The notes beneath the pieces are model-generated. The model saw nothing but the letters and a program-made list of their open reading frames with translations. It searched no databases and was not told the origin of the DNA. Positions 23,915 through 34,110 of a stretch of DNA of 64,000 nt are shown here, one piece after another. The position numbers and the translations under genes are program-made. This DNA comes from Asterias rubens (Eukaryota), in contig NC_047070.1 of NCBI RefSeq assembly GCF_902459465.1, positions 620,001 to 684,000 of the forward strand, in the 5' to 3' direction. How positions within the stretch are numbered: position 1 is the stretch's first letter; each line of letters opens with the position of its first letter.

Positions 23915-26619
23915 TCAGTCGTTGGTAGAGGCAGCAGCGAAGTACCATATCTGTGATAAGTAAAAAAACAAAACACACAAATAAATTATGTTTGTAAAAC
24001 TGTCTGACAATTCAATAAAAAATCACTGTGGTTTTGAATGATAGATAAACTGTGCCAGGCTGCAATATGACATCATGTGGTGATTGCAGATCTACACACA
24101 GTGCATAGTGTCATAATTTACATGTAGCTTTAGTAGTGCATATTGGTTGCATAGCCTGTAACTCACCAGGGAGCTGAGATGGTTTTAAGGAATGAATAAA
24201 ATAAATGGCCCAGTGACTAGGGATATAAATGATAGAAGCGCTCTAAGCGCTAAATAAAAACTTTTATTATTATAATTATTATTATCATGACATAAGACCA
24301 AGTCCGAGGAAATTTACTCAGTCAACAAAAGGTGTGTTTTCTTATCAATTTTCTTTTTACTTGGTCTCATTTATTTTTGTGGTCTCTGTTTGTTGGTCAA
24401 CATGCCGATTGTATGAGAGTCTCTATTGAATTATTTTCATGTTAAGTCTCTGGAAGTTTCTGTTGGTCAGTTGGACATGTTGGATGGTTTCACTATCTTG
24501 TTGTTTTATTAAGGACAATTAATTGTCTGTCAATTTGTATGCTGTTTAAAAATTTGCAATTTTTGTTTTACTAGAGGGGGATTTGAATCAAAAACCTCCA
24601 GATTAATGTATCGGCACTCTACCAACTGAACTATATATCCCTGTGCTGGCATTCTCCCTACTTCATCAAAATCTTTGGAGCTTATTTTAAAACCTTACCT
24701 TTTGTGCCTCTACCCATGTGTCATCCACCTGCCTCTCCCATCCTGTGGTCACCATACCTCGTTCTTGAAGCAGACTAGCACAAACCCGACGCATGAAGTG
24801 TGATGTCATCGACATCGCCGTGAGACCCTGAGCGTCAAGGAACCGTCCGATATTCTTAAGAACAGTGAATGGTAATGATTCAAGAGTAGGTTGCCAGAGC
24901 AGTTGATCGGGCTGTGGGCTTAGTGGGGACAGCATGGCCGACTGGTCACCTTCTGCTGGCAAAGGAGATGTTGGATCGGTCGACGTTTCCATGACTTCTG
25001 ATAAGAGGCGTTCCTTACCCTCCCACGGGACCTTGCAGAGGTCATTATTGGGTCTGCTGAGGGTCGGTTTAATCAAGAGGGTTCCGAACGTCCTCATTGC
25101 TTCATCTCTCTTCTTCTTCTTCTCCTCCTGAATTCTGATGCGATCTTCGTCAGAGACCGTCCAGTTATCAGCCGGGATGTTGAGATCATACTCCGACTCT
25201 TCACCAAGTCTCTCCGCTGCTTTGTGTCTGGACATCTTCTCAGCAAGGATTGGAGAGCACTTGTGATCATGTTCGCCATCAGACTGGAAGTGCCTCAGCA
25301 GCTCATCCTTTCGAAATTCCTGAAATAAGGCCGGGGTATGAAGAAAAAAGAAATTCAAAATCCTGAAAAATGCAAAATAGTGTCTTTTGGGGGTTGAGAT
25401 GAAATTTATTAAGAATCAGGGATGAGATTTTCCAAAAAAATGTGAACAATTCCTGAAAAATGCATGCAGTGGGTTCCCACTTACAACTTTTAGACCTGGA
25501 ACCTACCATGAGTTATTATTCATGTTATTATGGACTGTGTGCATCACCTGTGTGCATCACCCGTGTACATATTGAGTTTTTTTCCCTCTGGTATCTGTTC
25601 TACTTATGTCAAGAAAATGTAAAAGATATCAATATAAACCACAAGGGCTACTGACTGGGTAAATATTGAAATGATTTTTGGGGTTGAACAAAGAATTGAC
25701 TAGAGTGGGATTCGAACCAACGACCTCCGGATTAAAGTGCCGGCGCTCTACCAACTGAGCTATCTAGCCCTATATTGGCGGTGTCCCTATTTTGTCAATA
25801 TCTTTGTTCGGGGGTACCAGTCAGAAGCCAGTCAGTTTCCCTTGTGGTTTATATTGATATCTGAAACAAAAAGTCGCATCCCCTTAAGGTGATCCCTGGC
25901 TGCCGCTTCCCAGGTTGTATCGTAATTTGGGTGTGATCCCTGGCTACACGGCAGTTAACGGTTGTATGGCTTCTGACTGGCACCCCCGAACAAAGATATT
26001 GACAAAATAGGGACACCGCCAATATAGGGCTAGATAGCTCAGTTGGTAGAGTGCCGGCACATTAATCCGGAGGTCGTTGGTTCGAATCCCACTCTAGTCA
26101 ATTCTTTGTTCAACCCCGAAAATGTAAAAGAGATTTCGAAAGAACTCTGAAATCAGGAATTCTTTTGAAAAATCACATACGATGATAGAGTGTGTTGAAA
26201 ATAAGAATAGAGACCTTTGCATCACACTGAATCTAGAATTTATTTGTCTCTACAAGATCTTCGTCTTTTTGGCATTGTGCCTGTCTAGTTGTCTTAGGAT
26301 AAAAAGTAGCTATTGGATGCCACACTCCAATGCTTACCACTCCACACATGACAACAAAGGCTGGGCAGTGAATGAGATGTTTAGCCGACTCTTTACGCAG
26401 CATGGTGGCGGGGCAACCCTTGTTCTTGTTGAGACACTCAATCCGGGTGTTGGGGCACCGAGTTAGATGGTCATTCAGTTTACAAGTGTGTAGTCGAGAT
26501 CCGCAGTCTTGGGAGCAGCTAATGTTCAGACATGACACACCCACTTTTTCCTGTTCATTGCACCACAACTTGAAACAGCTATCACAATGGCTGTGAATGG
26601 CTGATTGTAATTCATCCAT
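23915..26619 (-). CDS. FBXO30/FBXO40-like F-box protein with TRAF-type zinc finger, compact (about 312 aa)
   Basis: Exons (minus) 26338-26619 (HCDSC...CGSRLHTCKLNDHLTRCP...CLNKNKGCP...KHLIHCP), 24699-25319 (EFRKDELLRHF; F-box LESLPFTVLKNIGRFLD...MRRVCASLLQERGMV) and 23915-23950 (IWYFAAASTND*). Both introns are phase 0 GT-AG. The last exon is less certain. Confidence 0.8.
25680..25831 (-). repeat. tRNA-derived repeat family 2, left arm of an inverted pair
   Basis: Reverse complement reads ...GGGCTAGATAGCTCAGTTGGTAGAGCGCCGGCACTTTAATCCGGAGGTCGTTGGTTCGAATCCCACTCTAGTC; cloverleaf-like with a degenerate anticodon loop. Confidence 0.85.
25968..26120 (+). repeat. tRNA-derived repeat family 2, right arm of an inverted pair
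   Basis: Near-identical to 25680-25831 in the opposite orientation; degenerate copies at about 24570-24680, 31190-31320 and 50200-50345. Confidence 0.85.
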
Positions 26620-26902
26620 GCTTGCCGTTAGCACCACTGGCCGTTAGGTTTTAAGTTGCAGGTTCACCACCAGAAGGACAGAAGGAGGGTCACTTTCTAA
26701 AGATAAAATTGATTAGCATGGATCAATCAGGAAAAAAGTTTCTGTACGGCCTACCACATATAGTATCTAATTTAGCTTAATGAAATATCCCTTTTTGTAC
26801 AAATGAGTGAAAAAGTGGTGGCGCCATACAGAAAGTTATCCGATCAATCATTCAATTCAATGGTTCTAAATATAATAAACCCCCCAAAAGTTACTTGACT
26901 CT

Positions 26903-26964
26903 TAGCCCCACTTGTGTGGCCAAGGATAGCTGAATCCTTATCCTTGGCCACACAAGTGGGGCTA
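26903..26964. mobile_element. 62-bp hairpin element, TAG...CTA ends, 9-bp TSD
   Basis: Perfect 26-bp stem with a 10-nt loop; flanks CTTGACTCT / CTTAACTCT. Confidence 0.8.
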
Positions 26965-27007
26965 CTTAACTCTATGTTGACACAATTTCAATTAACTATC
27001 ATTAATT

Positions 27008-27173
27008 TAGAGTAGACCCAGTGACTGGGGCGCTAGATTCCCTTTTTTCAAAATTTTGTCATTATCGGTCATACAACACAGTCCTTTGTTTGAAATTTTG
27101 ACATTATCGGACGTATGACAGAGAATGTCAAAATTTCAAAAAATGGAGTACAGCGCCCCAGTTACTGGGTCTA
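27008..27173. mobile_element. 166-bp MITE, TAG...CTA ends, 9-bp TSD
   Basis: IR TAGACCCAGTGACTGGGGCGCT / AGCGCCCCAGTTACTGGGTCTA; flanks TCATTAATT at 26999-27007 and 27174-27182. Confidence 0.75.
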
Positions 27174-27493
27174 TCATTAATTAAACTTACTATTGTCAAT
27201 AAAAAATTGTATTATTGCAAAAAAATTTCCCCCGCCACTTTGTCAAAAAGTCCTTTAACACAATACAACAGATATAGTCACACACCCCCGTAGTGAGTCA
27301 TATTCCCACACAGTAATATTTAGTTGTACAATACAGTCACAGTGCGTGGGCATAAATAAAATGATTAAAAACATTATAATTAATATAAATTCATTAGTTT
27401 ATGGAAAGTTTTACTAGAATTAAACAATGGCAAAATAATAAATGTTCTCACCAATAAGGAGTTGTGGTTGCATTACTTATTAAGGAAACTTAC

Positions 27494-27742
27494 GATAAGA
27501 TCTTGTATTTTTGAGTACCAGTAGTCAAAAACCGACAAAACAGCACCAAGTTTTCCCAGGATGGCTCGCCCTAAATTCCTTTTCTCTTTTTGTGAATATT
27601 TGCGACAGCGCCCTCAACAGTCGACCGATACCGATTTGCCTTTTTCACAAGTCTAGTTTCTGCCTCTTTTATGATGACGGATAACACCATAGAATCTGGT
27701 TTCGATCCCATATGACCGGTACGCGAGTCTCTCTGACATAAG
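27494..27742. promoter_or_regulatory. Probable bidirectional promoter (F-box gene / GOLGA7)
   Basis: Minus-strand donor ATC|GTAAGT at 27494/27493 for a non-coding first exon (matching acceptor before 26696); GOLGA7 ATG at 27743 in AAGATGGCG context; locally CpG-richer. Confidence 0.55.
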
Positions 27743-30700
27743 ATGGCGGGTGCTAGTTACGCTGCGCAAGTAAGTCAAAATTTGTGTTTTAAATCATGTT
27801 GTTGGCTTTGTAAAAGAAGTTCTTGAACTCTAGTGTTTGTTAGACTAGTGTGTTGTTAAGACTAATGTGTAGTTTCGGTGTTGGTTCAATTAGTTATTTG
27901 TACACCAGTCTGTGCTTGTTTCATTCATTAATTAAAAATTTAGAGAAGACAACAATTAATTATTTTTTTCACAAACACAAATTTTCCGCAATCATTGTAT
28001 CCTCCATTTGTGTTGTGACTTTAACTTGTGAAACATCTTGGAAAACTCTGTCATATAAGTTATTTTTTAAGCCTATTTTATATGCTAAATGATAAGAAAA
28101 AAGATCTGTAAAAACGTACTTTTAAGTAAGTTAGTAGTTGCGATAATAACGTAACCCTCCTGCCGACGGCGGAGCCGGAGGGTTACGAGTCACTCCCATT
28201 TGATGCAGGGCGAAATGGTCAAACACGTACAATTTCGACATCTAGTCAACAGATTTGCTCAATTTTTACCCCTTTCAAAAATCATGACATAAATTCTATG
28301 AACACGACCTTAATCCTCAATATCTAATGAATAACATTCAAAACACCATTGAGAAAGTATTTTGAAATAAAGTACAAAAACTTACCAGATCCCGGAGCGA
28401 AACAGTCACAAATTTCCCAGGTTCTATTTTGAACCTGTCGCTTCGCCATTTTGTGCCTTCCCGATGTTCATTGCTGTTGGACTAAACCATTCTGTAAAAG
28501 GGGTGTTATAAGGCAGCGCGACAGTGCGTCTGCGCTGTCCGTTTACTACAGTATATATGCCCGCTGTTCACTCACTTAAAGCACTGCCGCACTGCAGCAC
28601 CCCTTGTAACACCCCTTTTACAGAATGGTTTAGTCAAACTCGGCTGCGGCTCGGTCGGCAGGTAGTAAATTCAATTGGCTGGTACCTGCGGTTGGGTTCA
28701 GCGCTTGGGGTCAGCGCATGGTAACCAGCGACAGGTTCAAAAATAGAACCTGGGAAATTTGTGACTGTTTCGCTCCCGGAAAAGTTTTTGTCCTTTTTTT
28801 CAAAATATTTCCTCAATTGGTTTTTGCATGTTATTCATTAGACATTGAGGATTAAGTTCGTGTTCATAGAATTTGCGTCATTATTTTTTAAAGTGGTAAA
28901 AAATGAGCAAATCAGTTGACTAAAATATTTCGCCCTGCATCGAATGGGAGTGACTCGTAACCCTCCGGCTACGCCGTCGGCAGGAGGGTTACATTATCGC
29001 AACTAGTAAGTTAGTTATTATAATTCTTTATTTTGTATTTGTTTTTTCGGAAAACTTTCCGTATCCTTTTTGTTTTTCACTAATTCAATTTTTTTTTAGT
29101 TTACAAAAAGTCAAATTTTCCTTTTTTGACTCAAAAGAGGAATATCTGGTCATTTATTAATATTGCTATTTTACCATGATTACTAAGGTAGTTAAGTTAG
29201 ATCTACCTGGCACTAAGCTTGGGCGATACCACGATATTATCGAATATCGCGATATTAATTTGGACACGATTTCGATATCGGATGGATTTGGTTTTAACCG
29301 GTCCATATACTTGCGACAACCGTCGGGATGAGGATGGGAGTTACAAATTTGCACAACTGAACTAAATTATCAATTTCTTGGCACCACCATAACCATGACT
29401 CATGAGGCATAAAAATGCTCAAATAAAATTTAAATAAAAATGGCTGTATATCTGATAATATAGTTTTGATAAAGTGACCCTCCCCGCTTCGCAGTCGGCT
29501 TGAGGGTTACGTTATTGCAACTACAGTGTAATAATAATAATAATTATAATATCAATATAATAAAATCATAATCAATACTAAATAACTTTAATATTTTTTT
29601 CAGCCAATGGCCATGGAGAGTATACAGCGGCAGCCCCATCCAATCGGCAAAGTTTTCGTCCAAAGAGATTACTCCGATGGTATGGTGGTTAAATTCCAGA
29701 CCAAACTGCCTCTAGATATTAACGACAGGGTAGGTATTTTTATACAAATTGTTCACCCTTTTTAATTTTTTCTTTTGAAGGTCAAGTAGAAATCTTCAGT
29801 TCACTGATTCTTCTGTTTTGGAAGTTGATTATAATGGCTGGTATTTTGGGTAAAGTTTTGGGGTTACACTACAGCATGAAAGATAAAACTGATTAAATTG
29901 GTGAGAATACAATGAAGTGAGGTTTGCGGAGCCACTATTGTATATAATTCTCATATCAACTGTGGGGTTCTGAGAAGAACCGGTGAAACACCTCAACATT
30001 TACATAGTTTTAGACCAGTCTACTTTGATTACTTTGATTAATGTGTGTGTGTTTATTGAAATGTTTACTCCATTTGCTTCTGTTTTTACTGTTGTGTATT
30101 TTGCTATTCCTGCTCATGTTTTTATTCCGTATTCATGGTATTATGTATTTGACTGCAGATCACTTTGAACCCGTATTAATGCGCTTTATAAATGTAGTTA
30201 AGTTTTAAGTGCGCTGATCTTCATCAGGAAAAATTGCTTAATGCTTCCAATGTGATGCTAACATGTTGTACTCTTGTGCATTAAGATTTTGAGTCAATAA
30301 TTATGGTCAATGAGTTACAAGCCTGTGTGTGTGGTCTGCTGGCAATGAGTTACAAGCCTGTGTGTGTGGTCTGCTGGCAATGAGTTACAAGCCTGTGTGT
30401 GTGGTCTGCTGGCAATTGTGTTGAAATTGAAAACCTACATGTATATATCAAAGCAAAATGCTACACAAAATGTGTCAGTTTATACTCGACAGCCATGATT
30501 TGCAACTCGACAGCAAATTCAGTGTGTACAAAATGAGTTAAGTCTAAATGTTTTGGTAAGCCCAATTCCTCCTGGATGAAATCGTTCCTTGCTGATGCTT
30601 TAATTTCCCTACCTCTATGTATGTCATCAGGTGGATCAGAAGACTTTTGAGACCACTATTCACCGTCTGAATGAAATCTACGGCACTGCTGAATCGTTAA

Positions 30701-33024
30701 AACTACGGGTATTCTGTGAAGGCTGCTTGGCTTGCTTGACTGGCTACCTGGCTCTCATATGTCTAGAAACACATTATGCAAAGGTAGGAACCAGACTACT
30801 GGGGTAGGGTTGATTCAAGAAAGCAATGAAGGAAACTAGTTGAAAAGTGCACCTATGCACACCTATAGTCTAATACCCCTATGTTCTAACACCCCTATGT
30901 TCTGGCACATCTACAAATATCACAGGTCTCAAAAATAACCGCAACAATTGCCTTGGTGCCCTGTGCTTTTGCTGTTGTGCCCTTTGCAATGTTCCTATGC
31001 AAAATAACACTTTCCTCATAGAGGTGACCCTTACCAGAGGAAAATTGTTGTGCTCGTTCAAGAGTGATGTTGAAGGCCGGACTATCAAATAATAAACCAC
31101 AACGGAAACTGACTTCAAGAGGGAAGTTGAAGGCCGGACTATCAAATAATAAACCACAACGGAAACTGACTGGTTAAATTTTAAACGGTTTTAGATCGAA
31201 CAAAGACACATTTACAACAGCAGGATTTGAACCAACGACCCCCAGATTAACGTGACGACGCTCTACCAACCGAGCTATCTAGCCATATGTTGTCAGTCTC
31301 CCTATTTTGTCAATGTTTTTGATAAAAAAGCACATCTTGCAGATAAACAATTAAATTGTACATGGCGGTTAAGAAAGATTGTACTTAAGGAAGCAAATCA
31401 AAATAACTTGATCAGGGTCTTTCTTTTAACCTATTTTCTATTCCGTCTCTCTCAACTTTTTAGCATGTGAAAGAAGCAGCGACATACATCCAAACAATGA
31501 ACGAGGAAGTCTTCGGTCCCAGGGGGCTCATTATAGTTGACCCCTATGAACGTGGGCTTAGAGTCGTATCCTTTCAAAAGCCTTTTCATATTTAATTTGT
31601 AGGTTGGAAGTGTGCCTTCAGGTGGTTTTAAGGCTCCTTTGACTATAAAGACTTAAATGCACAGTCACACGTCACACACATTAGCTGTGAGTTAAATAAG
31701 CTCGATGCTCGATAAGCTCCAATCCTCTCTTCCCAATACTCCCTTCCTCGCCACCAACTCCACATTTGGGCTAATTAGGCATGCCATTCCTCCTATTCGA
31801 ATCGGATTTCCCATTAATTTTTTGTTTTGCTCTCAGAAAATTAGTAAGATCATTACTATAAATGGCCCGAAAAATTCCCCAAAAGCTTATGCCAAAAAGG
31901 TCAGCGCTTTTACATAACACAACTTTCCCTAGGTGGCAGCAGACTTACCAGGTAAATCCATTGCTCTTGGTAATGTGCGCATCCTCGGAACTATGTAAGC
32001 AATGGAGATTTACCTCGCCACCGAGCATTCCAAAGTCTCCCATTTGGAGTGTGTTTTTATTTGGATCAGCATTCCCATTTTTTTATCAGAATTCACAATT
32101 TGATCAACATTCCCTTTTTAAGCATTTTTCCTAATTGGAGCTGAGTATCTAGTTTGAGCATAGACTTGACTCAAGTCCCAATCCCAAGCCATCCCCAGAA
32201 AACTACTGTTTTGTGATGTTCTGCATTCCAAAACCTGTTCCGCATGCGGGACAGGGACTTGACGATGTCGCAGTCGCCTGGTATGTAAATGTATTCACTT
32301 ATGAATATGTAACAATGTTACGTGATACGTTTTGACCAATCAAACGCACCCAAAAAGAAGACTAGATCATTTGTCACTTGTGGGTTAAGTACTTAGTTGA
32401 TGATTGAAATACATTTTTTAATAACCAATTAATTATAAAAAAGAAAGCACTAAATGTTCATTTGAATTTAAGTAATACATTGTAACATACATTGTGGTCG
32501 GTTTTGTTTGCAAAATTTGAATTTTGGGAAGTGCAATAAAACGACTTATGACACCGACACCCCCTTGCCTGCTAATGAGTTTACCCGACCCACGTGCGTG
32601 CCGCGTATAGACGCGTGCCTACAACGTCTTCTACTGTGATGTCACAGAGTATAATGAATATTTTACCAACAGGGCAGCGCTTCCACGCTCCCATTGGTTT
32701 TGTACATCTCCCCATTTGGGGAGATTTTCCAATAACAACGTGCAGAGTAAGAAACAACTTTGTCAAATCCCATTCTCGGGACCACATCTTGACGGCGAGC
32801 GCGCACTGTACTGTATGCTACGGGTTGTTTCATAGTAAGTTGAGGTAATAGCTAATAGGGACCTCTCACACGAGAACGGGACTTGAATCAAGTCTAGTTT
32901 AAGCATAGTTCCTAGTAAGATTAGTGTTCAAATAATAAGTAGATTTTGCATTTCCTAGCACAGAAACATCCTTAACTATCACCAACAGATCGAGATTGCA
33001 ATTCTACCCCAAGAAAGAGGCTGA
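27743..33024 (+). CDS. GOLGA7: Golgin A7 (GCP16/Erf4 family, accessory subunit of DHHC9-type palmitoyltransferase), 5 exons, 147 aa
   Basis: Exons 27743-27769, 29604-29729, 30631-30783, 31464-31565, 32989-33024; all phase 0. Motifs GKVFVQRDYS, EGCLACLTGY..CLETHY and DPYERGLRVIEI. Confidence 0.93.
28135..29005. mobile_element. 871-bp foldback element with TIRs of about 300 bp, TAG...CTA ends, 9-bp TSD (AcademH- or Mutator-like)
   Basis: Arms at about 28135-28443 and 28726-29005 are reverse complements; exact TSD GTAAGTTAG at 28126-28134 and 29006-29014; solo TIR-like remnant at about 29475-29522. Confidence 0.85.
30308..30415. repeat. Short tandem repeat, 3 copies (CAATGAGTTACAAGCCTGTGTGTGTGGTCTGCTGG)
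   Basis: Directly visible identical units. Confidence 0.9.
31566..32988 (+). other. U12-type (minor spliceosome) GT-AG intron, GOLGA7 intron 4
   Basis: 5' site GTATCCTTT at 31566; branch point TCCTTAAC at 32969-32976; CAG acceptor ending at 32988 with no polypyrimidine tract; joins ERGLRV to IEIAIL in frame. Confidence 0.92.
32161..32896. mobile_element. 736-bp non-autonomous element, TAG...CTA ends, 9-bp TSD, inside the U12 intron
   Basis: 19-bp TIR TAGACTTGACTCAAGTCCC / GGGACTTGAATCAAGTCTA; flanks GTTTGAGCA (32152-32160) and GTTTAAGCA (32897-32905). Confidence 0.8.
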
Positions 33025-33699
33025 CGATGGGGAACATGATCTCAAGACGTTTCAACTGATGGCATCTTGAGAACCTTTACAAGATAAAAGGAACATTTGT
33101 ACAAAGGCAGACTACAAGTGCTGATATTGGTATTTTTTGAAACAATGTGTATACAATTTTATAAACTGGTGTTAGTGACTGGAGGTGTTTCCCAAGACGG
33201 TGAAGATTGTTCAAGGCGCGCTGATTTACAAACATTGGGACCCGTTAAAATCCACAACTTTGTTTCCATGAGTTTGTTTCCATTAAACGTGAATTTTTAC
33301 ACAGGGTTTTCAAAAGGTTCTCACAAGTTAGGATGTTCGTGAGACTCGCACAATCTATCATGAAAAAAATATGACATTAGGTGGGGCTTTATCTGTTTTT
33401 TTGTTGGTGCTGTTGTTTTTTGTTTTTCTTTCTGTCTAACTATTTTCAAGAATATCCAAACGTGTAAAGCAACTGTGTTTTGTAATGTAGATGGAATTTC
33501 TATCAGAGAAATTCATTATGAATGTGGTAATTAAACCACATTTATGTTATAAACTTTAGTTGTATGTGCCCTGCCTCCATCCTAAGCAAGCTTTGTTGTG
33601 ACTCTTCTTAATCCTGCTTAGAAAGAGACGGGACTGTTGAAGATTTTGAAAACTTCAGTTCAATGGTTTTACTGTAAAATCATCACATGACCACGTCCA

Positions 33700-34098
33700 T
33701 TGAGTCCTTAAAACAACTCGGAACCAACTGCAGCCCCAAATGAAGGACTGCCGAGAACTTTGGTTATTGAGTCCTTAAAACAACTCGGAACCAACTGCAG
33801 CCCCAAATGAAGGACTGCCGAGAACTTTGGTTATTGAGTCCTTAAAACAACTCGGAACCAACTGCAGCCCCAAATGAAGGACTGCCGAGAACTTTGGTTA
33901 TTGAGTCCTTAAAACAACTCGGAACCAACTGCAGCCCCAAATGAAGGACTGTCGAGAACTTTGGTTATTGAGTCCTTAAAACAACTCGGAACCAACTGCA
34001 GCCCCAAATGAAGGACTGCCGAGAACTTTGGTTATTGAGTCCTTAAAACAACTCGGAACCAACTGCAGCCCCAAATGAAGGACTGCCGAGAACTTTGG
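33700..34098. repeat. 67-bp minisatellite, about 6 copies
   Basis: TTGAGTCCTTAAAACAACTCGGAACC... with period 67 (33700, 33767, ...). Confidence 0.95.
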
Positions 34099-34110
34099 GT
34101 ATGACTTGCA

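Noticed and set aside
26027-26100. Functional tRNA genes (also 5237-5310, 25705-25780, 38790-38870)
   Set aside because: Anticodon arms are mispaired, the anticodon differs between copies, and the units sit in multi-copy repeats with shared flanks.
12540-26619. Functional module of BNIP3 with the adjacent F-box gene
   Set aside because: BNIP3/NIX turnover is attributed to SCF-FBXL4, a different F-box family; adjacency alone is not evidence.
31941-31960. U1 snRNA-like ACTTACC
   Set aside because: Only the complement of a splice donor; no U1 body follows.
33040-33080. Hammerhead-like GAAACGTC in the GOLGA7 3' region
   Set aside because: No stem II can form and the core is mutated.
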